Shown here: piece after piece, positions 15,458 through 24,135 of the stretch | How positions within the stretch are numbered: the stretch's first letter is position 1 | Layout: each line of letters begins with the position of its first letter | Assembly: GCA_027622795.1 (NCBI GenBank) | Contig: JAQBZA010000001.1 | Location: 1-38,994 of the forward strand | Reading direction: 5' to 3' | Length of the DNA: 38,994 nt | DNA from: Planctomycetota bacterium | GTDB lineage: Bacteria; Planctomycetota; Planctomycetia; Pirellulales; UBA1268 | Made by a program: the position numbers and the translations under genes | Notes under the pieces: generated by a model | What the model saw: the letters and a program-made list of their open reading frames with translations, nothing else | Told to the model about the DNA's origin: nothing | The model's database searches: none

Positions 15458-17638
15458 ATGCATGGCAACACAGCCTCTTTGCGGACGCTTCTATCCCTGA
15501 TGATTTTTTGCTCTCCAGTGCTCCTGCTCTATGTCGCTGCTGGAGCAGAGTCTGGAGACACTGTGTCTCTTCCGATCTCCGGGGACGACGACTGGTCGCA
15601 TCACGATTTCTGGCAGACAACCAATGGCAAGCCTGTTTCGGATGGCTGGCGGTTTGCGGATGGTGCGGTGTCTCTTGTCACTCCCGGCAAGGGCGGAAGT
15701 ATTGTTTCACGCCCCCTGCCCCCCCACTTTGAGCTCAGTTGGACATGGCGGATCGAAAAAGGCGTGAACAGCGGCTTGAAATACCGTGTCCGCCGCTTCG
15801 GAAACAGTCTTTTTGGGAATCACTATCTCGGCCTCGAGTATCAGATCATTGACAGCCGTCCAGAGGACACCTCCGTAGGGTCGACCGCCGCGATTTATGG
15901 CTTGGTGGCCCCGATCGCCGAGAAGACACTCCACCCACCCGGCGAGTGGAACACGGCTCGCATCGTTGCGATCGGAGACCATGTTGAGCACTTTCTCAAC
16001 GGCAAACTGGTCGCTGCCGCCAACACGACAGGGCCGGCCTGGGAGACCGCCATCGCCCTGAGCAAATTCTCCGGCAGCACAGGCTTTGGTCAGCCACGGG
16101 AAGGCGACCGCATCATGCTCACGGATCATGGGGGCCGGGTCACATACAAGGACTTTCATTTCGTACCTCACCCGTCTCCGTCCCCCGAGGTCGCGCATCT
16201 CCCGGGACCGTTTCTCGCAAATGCCACCCGCAACGGCTGGGCAACCAGCGACAGCGTCGTGATTTGGACGCGAACGACGAAACATCGTGAAATGCTGGTC
16301 GATGGCCTGCCATTCGTTTCTGTACCTCCCACCGAGGCCGCGCGGCTGGCCAAGCTTGACGACGCCCCGAGACTGCTTGCGTTACAACTTCCACCCGGAG
16401 CCACTCTTGAAGACATGTTCGGAGCCTGCCCTGGGGCGAGCGGGCGGGTTCGGCTGTCCTACTACCCTGACCAGCAGCGGCACAAAATACGGCATGCTCC
16501 CTGGAAGTTAACCTCTGGTGAAAATGATTTCACCGCCCAGTGGCATCTGGAAGGGCTCACCCCCAACACCCGTTATGTGACGGTCATCGAGGCGCAGACT
16601 GCTGACGGCAAGCCCTCATCGGTGCTGCTTGGTGGCTTTCGCACACCTCCGAACTCACACCAGGCGGAGCCGCTGCGATTCTGCATGACAACGTGTCATG
16701 ATTTTCTTCGCCGTGATGACGGCCTCAATGGACATACCATCTACGGAGCCCTGGAGAAGCTCGCCCCCGACTTCATCGTCCATGCTGGTGACATCGAGTA
16801 TTACGACCAGCCTGATCCCTGGGCCCTCACCACACAGCTGATGCGGTTCAAGTGGGCGCGGCTCTTTGCTCTCCCTGCGAACCGCCACTTTTACAATCAC
16901 ACGACGTCCTATTTCATCAAGGACGACCACGACACCCTAGCTGACGATTGCTGGCCTGGGCAGACGTATGGTGCGGTTTCGTTTGAAGAAGGCGCGAAAC
17001 TGTTCAACGAGGAACAATTCCCCTCGCGACATCCTCGTTACGCCAACATCCGGTGGGGACGTGACATTGAGATCTGGCTCCTCGAGGGCCGAGACCACCG
17101 CAGCCCCAACACGGCGCTCGACGGCCCGGAAAAGTCGATCCTCGGTATACCGCAACGGACCTGGCTTTTTGAAACCCTCGCAGCATCGAAAGCCGACTTC
17201 AAGCTTGTCTTCAGTCCAACCCCAATCGTGGGGCCCGATCGATCGGGAAAGCGCGACAACCATGCCAACACGGCCTTCTCCTGGGAGGGCGAAGAACTTC
17301 GCGAACGGCTCTCACAGATTCCTGGGGTGATCGTTTTCTGTGGTGATCGCCACTGGCAATACGCCTCCGTCGACGAGACCGGTCTCTGGGAATTCGGATG
17401 CGGCCCTGGCAGTGAGAAGCATCAGCTAGGCTGGAAAGCGGGGGATGCGAGGCCAAAGCATCGGTTTCTCCGCGTCGCCGGTGGCTTTCTCTCCGGTGAA
17501 CTCGTCCCGTCCATCGGCAAGAACAAGCCCTCATTGACCATTCGCCATCTCTCTGTCACCGGTGAGGAAGCGAGTCGGTTTGTCTTTCCTCAGCCGTCTT
17601 CAAAAGCCAAGAGATCGCGTTCACAAGCAGCCGATTGA
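15458..17638 (+). CDS. Exported fusion protein: DUF1080 (3-keto-disaccharide hydrolase-like) + PhoD-like metallophosphatase
   Basis: Sec-type signal LLSLMIFCSPVLLLYVAAGA. DUF1080 blocks are NSGLKYRV, GLEYQIIDS, AAIYGLVAP, GEWNTARIVAIGDHVEHFLNGKLV. PhoD-like blocks are FIVHAGDIEYYD, YFIKDDHDTLADD, VIVFCGDRHWQYAS. Start at ATG 15458, 4 nt after the pseudopilin stop codon. Confidence 0.8.
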   Translation: MHGNTASLRTLLSLMIFCSPVLLLYVAAGAESGDTVSLPISGDDDWSHHDFWQTTNGKPVSDGWRFADGAVSLVTPGKGGSIVSRPLPPHFELSWTWRIEKGVNSGLKYRVRRFGNSLFGNHYLGLEYQIIDSRPEDTSVGSTAAIYGLVAPIAEKTLHPPGEWNTARIVAIGDHVEHFLNGKLVAAANTTGPAWETAIALSKFSGSTGFGQPREGDRIMLTDHGGRVTYKDFHFVPHPSPSPEVAHLPGPFLANATRNGWATSDSVVIWTRTTKHREMLVDGLPFVSVPPTEAARLAKLDDAPRLLALQLPPGATLEDMFGACPGASGRVRLSYYPDQQRHKIRHAPWKLTSGENDFTAQWHLEGLTPNTRYVTVIEAQTADGKPSSVLLGGFRTPPNSHQAEPLRFCMTTCHDFLRRDDGLNGHTIYGALEKLAPDFIVHAGDIEYYDQPDPWALTTQLMRFKWARLFALPANRHFYNHTTSYFIKDDHDTLADDCWPGQTYGAVSFEEGAKLFNEEQFPSRHPRYANIRWGRDIEIWLLEGRDHRSPNTALDGPEKSILGIPQRTWLFETLAASKADFKLVFSPTPIVGPDRSGKRDNHANTAFSWEGEELRERLSQIPGVIVFCGDRHWQYASVDETGLWEFGCGPGSEKHQLGWKAGDARPKHRFLRVAGGFLSGELVPSIGKNKPSLTIRHLSVTGEEASRFVFPQPSSKAKRSRSQAAD

Positions 17639-19199
17639 ATTCCGGTCGTGCAAAGTCACCCTCATGGCCGAGGGATGTGTAAAACGATGCTCCTCCATCC
17701 GGTCGAAGAAATGTCCAGGCGACCGGTTCGATCTGGCCTCCGAAGGCCGCGCTACCCAAGAGGAGCGGCGTCGTGTCGGACGCCAGCGGAGAAACCACGT
17801 AGAGACTTCCGCTCGAAGGAAATCCGGTGGTCGGAATTCCCTGGAGGATTGGATTCGTACCGCTTTCGGCGGTTCCCTGCACGGTTACGCCGACATCGGC
17901 CGGTAGGTGGTTGGTGTAATGGCCCCCAAACACTTCTCGGTCGAACTCAGGCCAATCCTCGAGTCCGTCCGGGGGCGATTGGTTTCGCAAGTGAAACGCA
18001 TGGCTGGCAGTCCGGATGCCCAGGACCGGCTTCGCGGCTGCGACATGCGCCCGAATGTGGCCAATTTGCTCAGGTGGCAGCGGCCGGCGACGAACACTTA
18101 CAACCAGCAGATCCGCATCGCGCACTCGTTCGATTCCCGGGAATGATCCCTCCGCCTGAGAATCAAACCACACGAACGACGTCCGACAGAAACCACCCAA
18201 GTGCCGGAGGGCAAAGATCGGGAGCGTAACGGATGTCCGGTACTCGTCTTCGCCTTGGAGAAAGACGACGTGTGGCCGTTTGTCATCCGGAAAACGAAAT
18301 TCCCCGCCATCGAGTAGAGCGCCGCTCGTTGCGGTGGGTGCCCAGTGTCGTTCGATGTGGTCGATTACCAGATCGGTCCCAGTGAAGTGACTGACCTGTG
18401 GAGGCCGCCTCGGGTTATACATCGTATCGGTAAGGTCCCGCACCAGAACGACACGAAAGCCCTGGGCCACCAACTGACGAATCCCAAATGGCCGTCCAAG
18501 CACGCACATATTGGTATGCACGCCAGTGATGATCACGTTCCGAATGTGGCGTTGGTGGAGGAGATCGACAATTTCCTCGGAGTCAGCAATGGCATCCCCC
18601 TCATGAATTTCCAATGTGGCGATCTGTCGCGTCCACGGGAAAGGATCTCCCGGTTGCCATGATCGCTCTCCGTCACAGCCACCGTCTGCGTCATCGATCG
18701 GAAGCGGTGGCTCCTGAGCCGGATCGAGCGGGCACCACTTCGGCAATGATTTTCGTAACTCGGTCGCCGGAACAGATTGGGCCATCCTGCGAGCTGGATG
18801 CTCGGCATAAAAATTCATCGTGCCACTCGGCGAGTGGATGATCAACGCCCCACGGTTACGCGCTGCCACCAGAAATTCGTTGAGTCGCGGTGCCATCTGG
18901 GCCACACGCTCTGCCGCCCGCGGACAGGTGTGGGTGTCCCACATGTCACACACGATGACTGCCGTCTCGTCGGGCGACCACGCAACATCCTCGAATTTTG
19001 TATGAAACCTACGGGGCGGGGAAGCCACTTCGTATTGCGATCGGAGGCGAAGACGAAGTGGCTCCGAAGACTCAGCCCGTACCGCCGCGAAACCGCAGGC
19101 CAGCACGACTCCGACGAAAAAAACCAGCAGGCCGCATCGTTGCGGGGTGTTGGCTGAATACGCCGGGAACTGATGCATCGAAGAACCACCTTTCCTCAT
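17556..19199 (-). CDS. Exported fusion protein: isochorismatase-family hydrolase + ThuA-like domain
   Basis: Signal CGLLVFFVGVVLACGFAAVRA. Isochorismatase blocks are AVIVCDMWDTH and NVIITGVHTNMCVLGRPFGIRQLVAQGFRVVLVRDLTD. ThuA-like blocks are HVVFLQGEDEY...LLVVSVRRRPL and ASFYTSLGHEGDFARPEFNRLLVNAISWL. ATG 19178 is an alternative start. Confidence 0.7.
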   Translation of the reverse strand: MRKGGSSMHQFPAYSANTPQRCGLLVFFVGVVLACGFAAVRAESSEPLRLRLRSQYEVASPPRRFHTKFEDVAWSPDETAVIVCDMWDTHTCPRAAERVAQMAPRLNEFLVAARNRGALIIHSPSGTMNFYAEHPARRMAQSVPATELRKSLPKWCPLDPAQEPPLPIDDADGGCDGERSWQPGDPFPWTRQIATLEIHEGDAIADSEEIVDLLHQRHIRNVIITGVHTNMCVLGRPFGIRQLVAQGFRVVLVRDLTDTMYNPRRPPQVSHFTGTDLVIDHIERHWAPTATSGALLDGGEFRFPDDKRPHVVFLQGEDEYRTSVTLPIFALRHLGGFCRTSFVWFDSQAEGSFPGIERVRDADLLVVSVRRRPLPPEQIGHIRAHVAAAKPVLGIRTASHAFHLRNQSPPDGLEDWPEFDREVFGGHYTNHLPADVGVTVQGTAESGTNPILQGIPTTGFPSSGSLYVVSPLASDTTPLLLGSAAFGGQIEPVAWTFLRPDGGASFYTSLGHEGDFARPEFNRLLVNAISWLLKTAEERQTDSLPHR

Positions 19200-19205
19200 C
19201 AGCGA

Positions 19206-20570
19206 TCAGCCGGGAATCTCATAGCCCCGCCGTGACTCCCGTGACAAAAACGCATTGGCCTGCGGATCATCCACGATCTCACGCGCAGCACCATTCCAGG
19301 TAAGCGGTCGCCCCAAGCGCATAGAGATGTTCGCCAGATGGCAAATCTCGAGCATGCGATTATGGGACCACACATCGGAGATGGGCTGCTGACGCGATCG
19401 CATCGCATCGATGAAATTCGCTGTGTGATTTTCACTCACAGGACCACCATAGACAGCCTCAACCGCTCCTTCCGGGAGCGGCTTCTGATCCAGTTCTTCC
19501 ACCGGGGCACCGGTCAACTTGCCACGATTGACAAAGAACCGACCGTCTGTCCCTTCGAAGAGAATGCCGTTATCGCCCTCACTCTTAATCAGCAGCTCCA
19601 CACCGTTGGGCATCGTGCAGCTAATGGTGAACTTCGTCGCGGCGTTGTAGCGATCATGCACAAGGGGCTCGCCATCCTTGTAGGCAACTGGCAATTCGTA
19701 TTCAACCGGGGTGATCACCTGCGGTGTGTTCGCCTGCTCACCGAGTGCCCAGCATGCAATGTCAACGTGGTGTGCCCCCCAATCCGTCAGTTTTCCTCCG
19801 GAGTACTCATGCCAATTCCGGAAGGAATAGTGGGCGTTGCTGTACAACGGCACGCCGCCGCCATAGCCAGTCCGTAATTCCGGGAGCGCCCGATACGGCA
19901 CTTCTGGTGCAGGCCCTAGCCAGAAATCCCAATCCAACCCTTCCGGGACGGAGGCTTCCGGGATCGATGGTGAACCAGTCATGCCACCAATACCACAGGT
20001 GATCTTGGTGACTGTGCCAATCCGTCCGTCACGGATCAGGGCAATCGCCCGAAGAAACCGCTGATCACTCTCGGTTCGTTGCATGGTCCCGACTTGAAAG
20101 ACCCGACCAGTCGCTTCCACCGCCTGCTCGATTTGCTTGCCTTCGTCGACCGTAAGCGTCAGCGGCTTCTCGCAATAGACATCTTTGCCAGCCTGCATCG
20201 CCTCAATCGCGATCTTGGCATGCCAGTGATCGGGGGTGGCGATCATCACCGCATCAATATCCGCACGGTCCAGGATTCTTCGGTAATCCTTGAAGGCATT
20301 GGGCTTCTTTTGAGCGGCGGCAACCTTCTCCACATGCTCGCCCAAAACCTTTGCATCAACATCGGCGAGAGCCGCAAAGTCGGCAAACTTGAATGATTTG
20401 CTCGTGATCGCCCAGCCCTGATTCCGCAGGCCGATGGTAGCGAATATCGGGCGCTCAAGCACCGAGGCAAACACTCGGTGGCGGGCGACTCCCGTTCCTC
20501 CCGCCAGGACCGCCCCTGTGGCAACGGTCTGACGAAGGAAACCGCGGCGGCTCAGACGTGAAGAACTCAT
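19206..20570 (-). CDS. Gfo/Idh/MocA family oxidoreductase with Tat signal
   Basis: MSSSRLSRRGFLRQTVATGAVLAGG twin-arginine signal. Also IATPDHWHAKIAIEAMQAGKDVYCEKPL and GGKLTDWGAHHVDIACWAL. The stop codon is 6 nt upstream of the isochorismatase-ThuA start codon. Confidence 0.9.
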   Translation of the reverse strand: MSSSRLSRRGFLRQTVATGAVLAGGTGVARHRVFASVLERPIFATIGLRNQGWAITSKSFKFADFAALADVDAKVLGEHVEKVAAAQKKPNAFKDYRRILDRADIDAVMIATPDHWHAKIAIEAMQAGKDVYCEKPLTLTVDEGKQIEQAVEATGRVFQVGTMQRTESDQRFLRAIALIRDGRIGTVTKITCGIGGMTGSPSIPEASVPEGLDWDFWLGPAPEVPYRALPELRTGYGGGVPLYSNAHYSFRNWHEYSGGKLTDWGAHHVDIACWALGEQANTPQVITPVEYELPVAYKDGEPLVHDRYNAATKFTISCTMPNGVELLIKSEGDNGILFEGTDGRFFVNRGKLTGAPVEELDQKPLPEGAVEAVYGGPVSENHTANFIDAMRSRQQPISDVWSHNRMLEICHLANISMRLGRPLTWNGAAREIVDDPQANAFLSRESRRGYEIPG

Positions 20571-20665
20571 AAACTGGCAACTCCGTGGGGTTAAATTTTT
20601 ACCGCATACGAAGAGGCAGCAGATTCAGGTGCTACCCGCCCCATATTTTCCATCAGTCTCTGCAT

Positions 20666-20682
20666 CCCAGAGTCCCTCTGGG
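20666..20682. promoter_or_regulatory. Perfect palindrome CCCAGAG-TCC-CTCTGGG in the divergent intergenic region between the two Gfo/Idh/MocA genes
   Basis: Read directly from the sequence. It lies in the 243-nt divergent promoter region 20571-20813. An operator role is only a guess. Confidence 0.25.
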
Positions 20683-20813
20683 CTTCGACGGATTGAGGAT
20701 GTCAAAGAATACCATGCCGATGGAAGGCGATTGGCGGGAGACGTATCAATCGGTGTATCATCTCTTGGATCTGATCGTTCGCCCCCATTTTCCTCATCGG
20801 GAGTGCTTTTCTC

Positions 20814-22145
20814 ATGCAACGGCCCCGCTCACCCTCACGACGCACATTTCTTGGCACTTCGACAGCCGCTGGGATAATACCCTTCTTCGCATGGACCCAA
20901 CCAACGTTCGCCAATCAGGCGGCCTCCGACCGACCGTTGATTGGTTGTATTGGCCTGGGTGGTATGGGGATGGGTGATGCCCGCGGACACGCAGGATTCG
21001 GTGATATCGTCGCCGTGTGCGATGTCGATCTTCGTCATGCTGAGCGCGCTCGGCATGACGAAAAGGTGGGCAAAGGGAAAGCCGATATCTATCGAGACTA
21101 CCGCCAACTTCTCGAGCGGTCCGATATCGATGTGGTCAGCATCGTCACCCCCGATCACTGGCACGTCAAAATTGCCATCGAGGCCCTTGAGGCCGGCAAG
21201 CACGTTTTCTGCCAAAAGCCTCTCACGCTCACGATCGAAGAAAACAAGTTGATTCGGGCGGCTTGCAAGAAGCATCCGTCACTTCAGTTTTTTATCGGCA
21301 CGCAGCAGCGAAGCGACCGGTCCCGGTTTCTGCGGGCAGTCAACATGGTTCATAAAGGATTGCTCGGGCCGATCAAGAAGGTGACTGTCGGGATCAACGG
21401 CAGCCCCAAGGGCGGTCCTTTTCCCGTGGCCGAGGTGCCCAAGGAACTTGACTGGGACATGTGGCTTGGGCAGTCTCCCTTGGTGGACTACCGCAAGGAA
21501 CGCTGCCACGGAAACTTCCGCTGGTGGTACGAGTACTCCGGAGGCAAGTTTACTGATTGGGGTGCCCATCACGTTGACATTGCCCAATGGGCACTCCGCG
21601 AGGATGAACAGGGCAAGGGGCCTGTTTCCATCGATGGCACGGACGCCACGCACCCGGTGCCATTCAAAAACGGATTTCCTGAGCAGGCCGATGCCTACAA
21701 CACGTCCACCGACTTCGCCATCCAATGCAGATATCCCAATGGAGTTGAAATGACTGTTACGAGTCGGGGAGATAATGGGATTACGTTTGAGGGTGAGAAG
21801 GGCAAGATTTTCGTGAATCGTGGCAAAATCACCGGCACACCCATCGAAGAAAATTGGGACAAGGATCATTTCACCGAAGACGATATTGTGGCGCTGTACA
21901 AGGGAAAGCCTTTTGAGGCCCATAAGAGCAACTTCTTTCGCTGCATCCGCGAGGGAGGCCTGCCCGTTTCCGATGTGTTCAGCCATCTGATCACGATGAA
22001 CACATGCCATCTGACAGCCATCGCTGCCCGGCTTGGCCGAGCCATCACATGGGATTCTCAGGCCGAGGTGGTGATCCGTGACGAGCAGGCCCAAAAGATG
22101 ACGGCTCGAACGCCACGGAGCGGCTACGAGATGCCGCGGGTGTAG
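20814..22145 (+). CDS. Gfo/Idh/MocA family oxidoreductase with Tat signal (paralogue of 19206-20570)
   Basis: SPSRRTFLGTSTAAGIIPFFAW signal. Also VTPDHWHVKIAIEALEAGKHVFCQKPL and GGKFTDWGAHHVDIAQWAL. Collinear with the divergent neighbour over most of its length. Confidence 0.9.
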   Translation: MQRPRSPSRRTFLGTSTAAGIIPFFAWTQPTFANQAASDRPLIGCIGLGGMGMGDARGHAGFGDIVAVCDVDLRHAERARHDEKVGKGKADIYRDYRQLLERSDIDVVSIVTPDHWHVKIAIEALEAGKHVFCQKPLTLTIEENKLIRAACKKHPSLQFFIGTQQRSDRSRFLRAVNMVHKGLLGPIKKVTVGINGSPKGGPFPVAEVPKELDWDMWLGQSPLVDYRKERCHGNFRWWYEYSGGKFTDWGAHHVDIAQWALREDEQGKGPVSIDGTDATHPVPFKNGFPEQADAYNTSTDFAIQCRYPNGVEMTVTSRGDNGITFEGEKGKIFVNRGKITGTPIEENWDKDHFTEDDIVALYKGKPFEAHKSNFFRCIREGGLPVSDVFSHLITMNTCHLTAIAARLGRAITWDSQAEVVIRDEQAQKMTARTPRSGYEMPRV

Positions 22146-22158
22146 CGCAACCGGTCTG

Positions 22159-24135
22159 TCAACGACCTGCCGACGATGTGTCTCGGGACGTGAGCATCGG
22201 AACAGAAATACCCATTCCAATGGCTGGTGAATCAGACTGCAACCCATCATCAGGCCGCGACGGATCAACGAGTCTTGGATCGCTGAACCGCGAACCAATG
22301 TCGTGTCCTGCTTCTTGCCAAGCAGATAGTGGGCGGCCGTTCCAGGTGGGCGTGCCGAGCGTCGGCGAATAGTACAGGTTTGTTCGCAGAATGGTTTCGC
22401 CATTCTGCCAGTTGCCGCCAACGAACTTCGGTTCCCGACAGATGACCACATTGTGCTCAAAGGTAAACGACCGATGCATCTCGTCGCGGGACCGCCGCAC
22501 CCCCCCCTCCCCGCAGTTGACGAAGAGATTATTTCGCACCGTGTTGTCCCGCCCGTAGTGCTGATGAAAGCCGGCTGACTGACAGTTCCACACGATGTTT
22601 TCCTCCAGAAGAATCTCTGATGAGCCCTCATCAGTGTAGAGCCCCCATCCGCCATATTCGTGGCAGGAGATGTCGTGGATGCGATTGCGGCGCACGATGG
22701 TTCCCGGTTGCGGCCCCAGCAGATAGATCCCCCCCATGTCGCTCAGGTGATTATTCCCGATATGGTGGAGTGAGTTTTCCTCGACGATGTTATGGTGACA
22801 AGGAGATTCGCGATAGCCCCACGTCCACCCAACAGAGACTGCCGTGTAGTTTCCGTGATGAACCTCGTTGCGGGTCAGTCGGTTACCGGATGCCTGAAAT
22901 ACGATCAATCCCACCGCACCCAAATAGGTTCTCCCGTAGTCATAAACATTACATCCCTCAACCAGATGATCTGCGACGACCGCGGTCGGGTCTTCTTCGG
23001 GCCGTGTCTCACCAATCCGCACCCCTCCGGCTCCCAGATGGCTGATGTCACATTTGACGATACGACACTCGCGTGATCCCCGCCCAAGATCGATGGCATA
23101 TCCACCCAGTCCACTCAAGCGACATTCCGTGATGGTGATCCGTCGGGCGTTGATCAACCGTATGGCCCCCCGGCGGACGGCGGCGGCCTGTGAGTCAACT
23201 TCACCTTCAGCGGGCAGATCATCGTCGACCTCTCGCAAATCAAGGTTTTGAAGCACCACGTCAGAACAATTCTCGAGGCGGATCAGTTGTGACAGGAGCG
23301 GCACGGTAACCCTACCCCGGGCGGGAAAGTCTCCGGTTGGTGCGAGCACTTGGACAACTTGCCGGCGTGGATCAATCCGCCACTCCCCTGGCATATCAAG
23401 TGAAGACGATTCATTCTCGATCCAAAAGCGGTTTCCGTTTTTCTCTTGGCGATGGGCGTGGAGTTTCCCATTGAGACGAACGGCATTGGCAGCCACATCA
23501 ATCGAATGAATCGGGAACTTGAAGCCCGCCCATTTCTGAAGCGCGACAATCCAGATGCCGTCGTCGGTCGTCCAGTTGGCCACGGAAAGCGTATCTGGGA
23601 TCGGGAGCGTAAACGGAGGCTCAATCGCCAGGGTACCGGGAGATTGGAGCCACCCGACATTCGGTGTCCGGGCACGAACAGCCATCCGCCCGTCGATGAA
23701 GAGATGCCGCGGCTGCCGTTGCCGCAGGCTCATCGGCAGCGGTGCCTCGAAAAGACCCTCCCGGCTGTCCACGGCGATCCATGCATCGATCGCCACCGAA
23801 CCGGTGACGCTGGCAACACCGGTCGCTGGTCCCCGGAGCGTCAGCCCTGAGTCGGCTTCCGTGAGCAGAAGCGGCTGTGACACCTCGTGTCGTCCGGCCG
23901 CCAATTCGATTACTCGCGGGGGGGGCGTACCGCGGGCCTTGATGATCACTCCCTGCAAATCGTCTCCTGGCTCAACGATGCCTGTCGTCACGGCCAACAC
24001 CGAGGTCGCTGGCACCGCGGCCATGATCATCATCTTGAGTGCCCACGGAATCACTACGCCCGTCACCCACTTCATCCCAACACCCTTATTCACAGCGAAA
24101 GCTCTCTGGAAAACGATCCGTTCGATTATTCTCAT
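22159..24135 (-). CDS. Right-handed parallel beta-helix repeat protein (exported)
   Basis: Repetitive N/G-rich turns typical of pectate-lyase-fold repeats (NRIHDISCHEYGGWGLYTDEGSSEILLEENIVWNCQSAGFHQHYGRDNTVRNNLFVNCGEGG). N-terminal hydrophobic segment WALKMMIMAAVPATSVLA. Start set at ATG 24135 (ATGA overlap with the upstream stop codon). ATG 24174 and 24075 are also possible. Confidence 0.7.
   Translation of the reverse strand: MRIIERIVFQRAFAVNKGVGMKWVTGVVIPWALKMMIMAAVPATSVLAVTTGIVEPGDDLQGVIIKARGTPPPRVIELAAGRHEVSQPLLLTEADSGLTLRGPATGVASVTGSVAIDAWIAVDSREGLFEAPLPMSLRQRQPRHLFIDGRMAVRARTPNVGWLQSPGTLAIEPPFTLPIPDTLSVANWTTDDGIWIVALQKWAGFKFPIHSIDVAANAVRLNGKLHAHRQEKNGNRFWIENESSSLDMPGEWRIDPRRQVVQVLAPTGDFPARGRVTVPLLSQLIRLENCSDVVLQNLDLREVDDDLPAEGEVDSQAAAVRRGAIRLINARRITITECRLSGLGGYAIDLGRGSRECRIVKCDISHLGAGGVRIGETRPEEDPTAVVADHLVEGCNVYDYGRTYLGAVGLIVFQASGNRLTRNEVHHGNYTAVSVGWTWGYRESPCHHNIVEENSLHHIGNNHLSDMGGIYLLGPQPGTIVRRNRIHDISCHEYGGWGLYTDEGSSEILLEENIVWNCQSAGFHQHYGRDNTVRNNLFVNCGEGGVRRSRDEMHRSFTFEHNVVICREPKFVGGNWQNGETILRTNLYYSPTLGTPTWNGRPLSAWQEAGHDIGSRFSDPRLVDPSRPDDGLQSDSPAIGMGISVPMLTSRDTSSAGR

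Noticed and set aside
22500-22507. 8-nt homopolymer tracts inside coding regions as possible phase-variation switches: C8 at 22500-22507 and G8 at 23918-23925 in the beta-helix gene, G8 at 9677-9684 in the DUF1501 gene.
   Set aside because: They encode Gly-Gly or Pro-Pro runs and occur in unrelated housekeeping-type genes. They are therefore expected in GC-rich coding sequence, and nothing indicates on/off variation.
21279-22655. 458-aa ORF on the minus strand spanning the end of the second Gfo/Idh/MocA gene and the end of the beta-helix gene.
   Set aside because: It has no recognisable domain. It overlaps two strongly supported genes, and its sequence composition is that of an antisense shadow frame.
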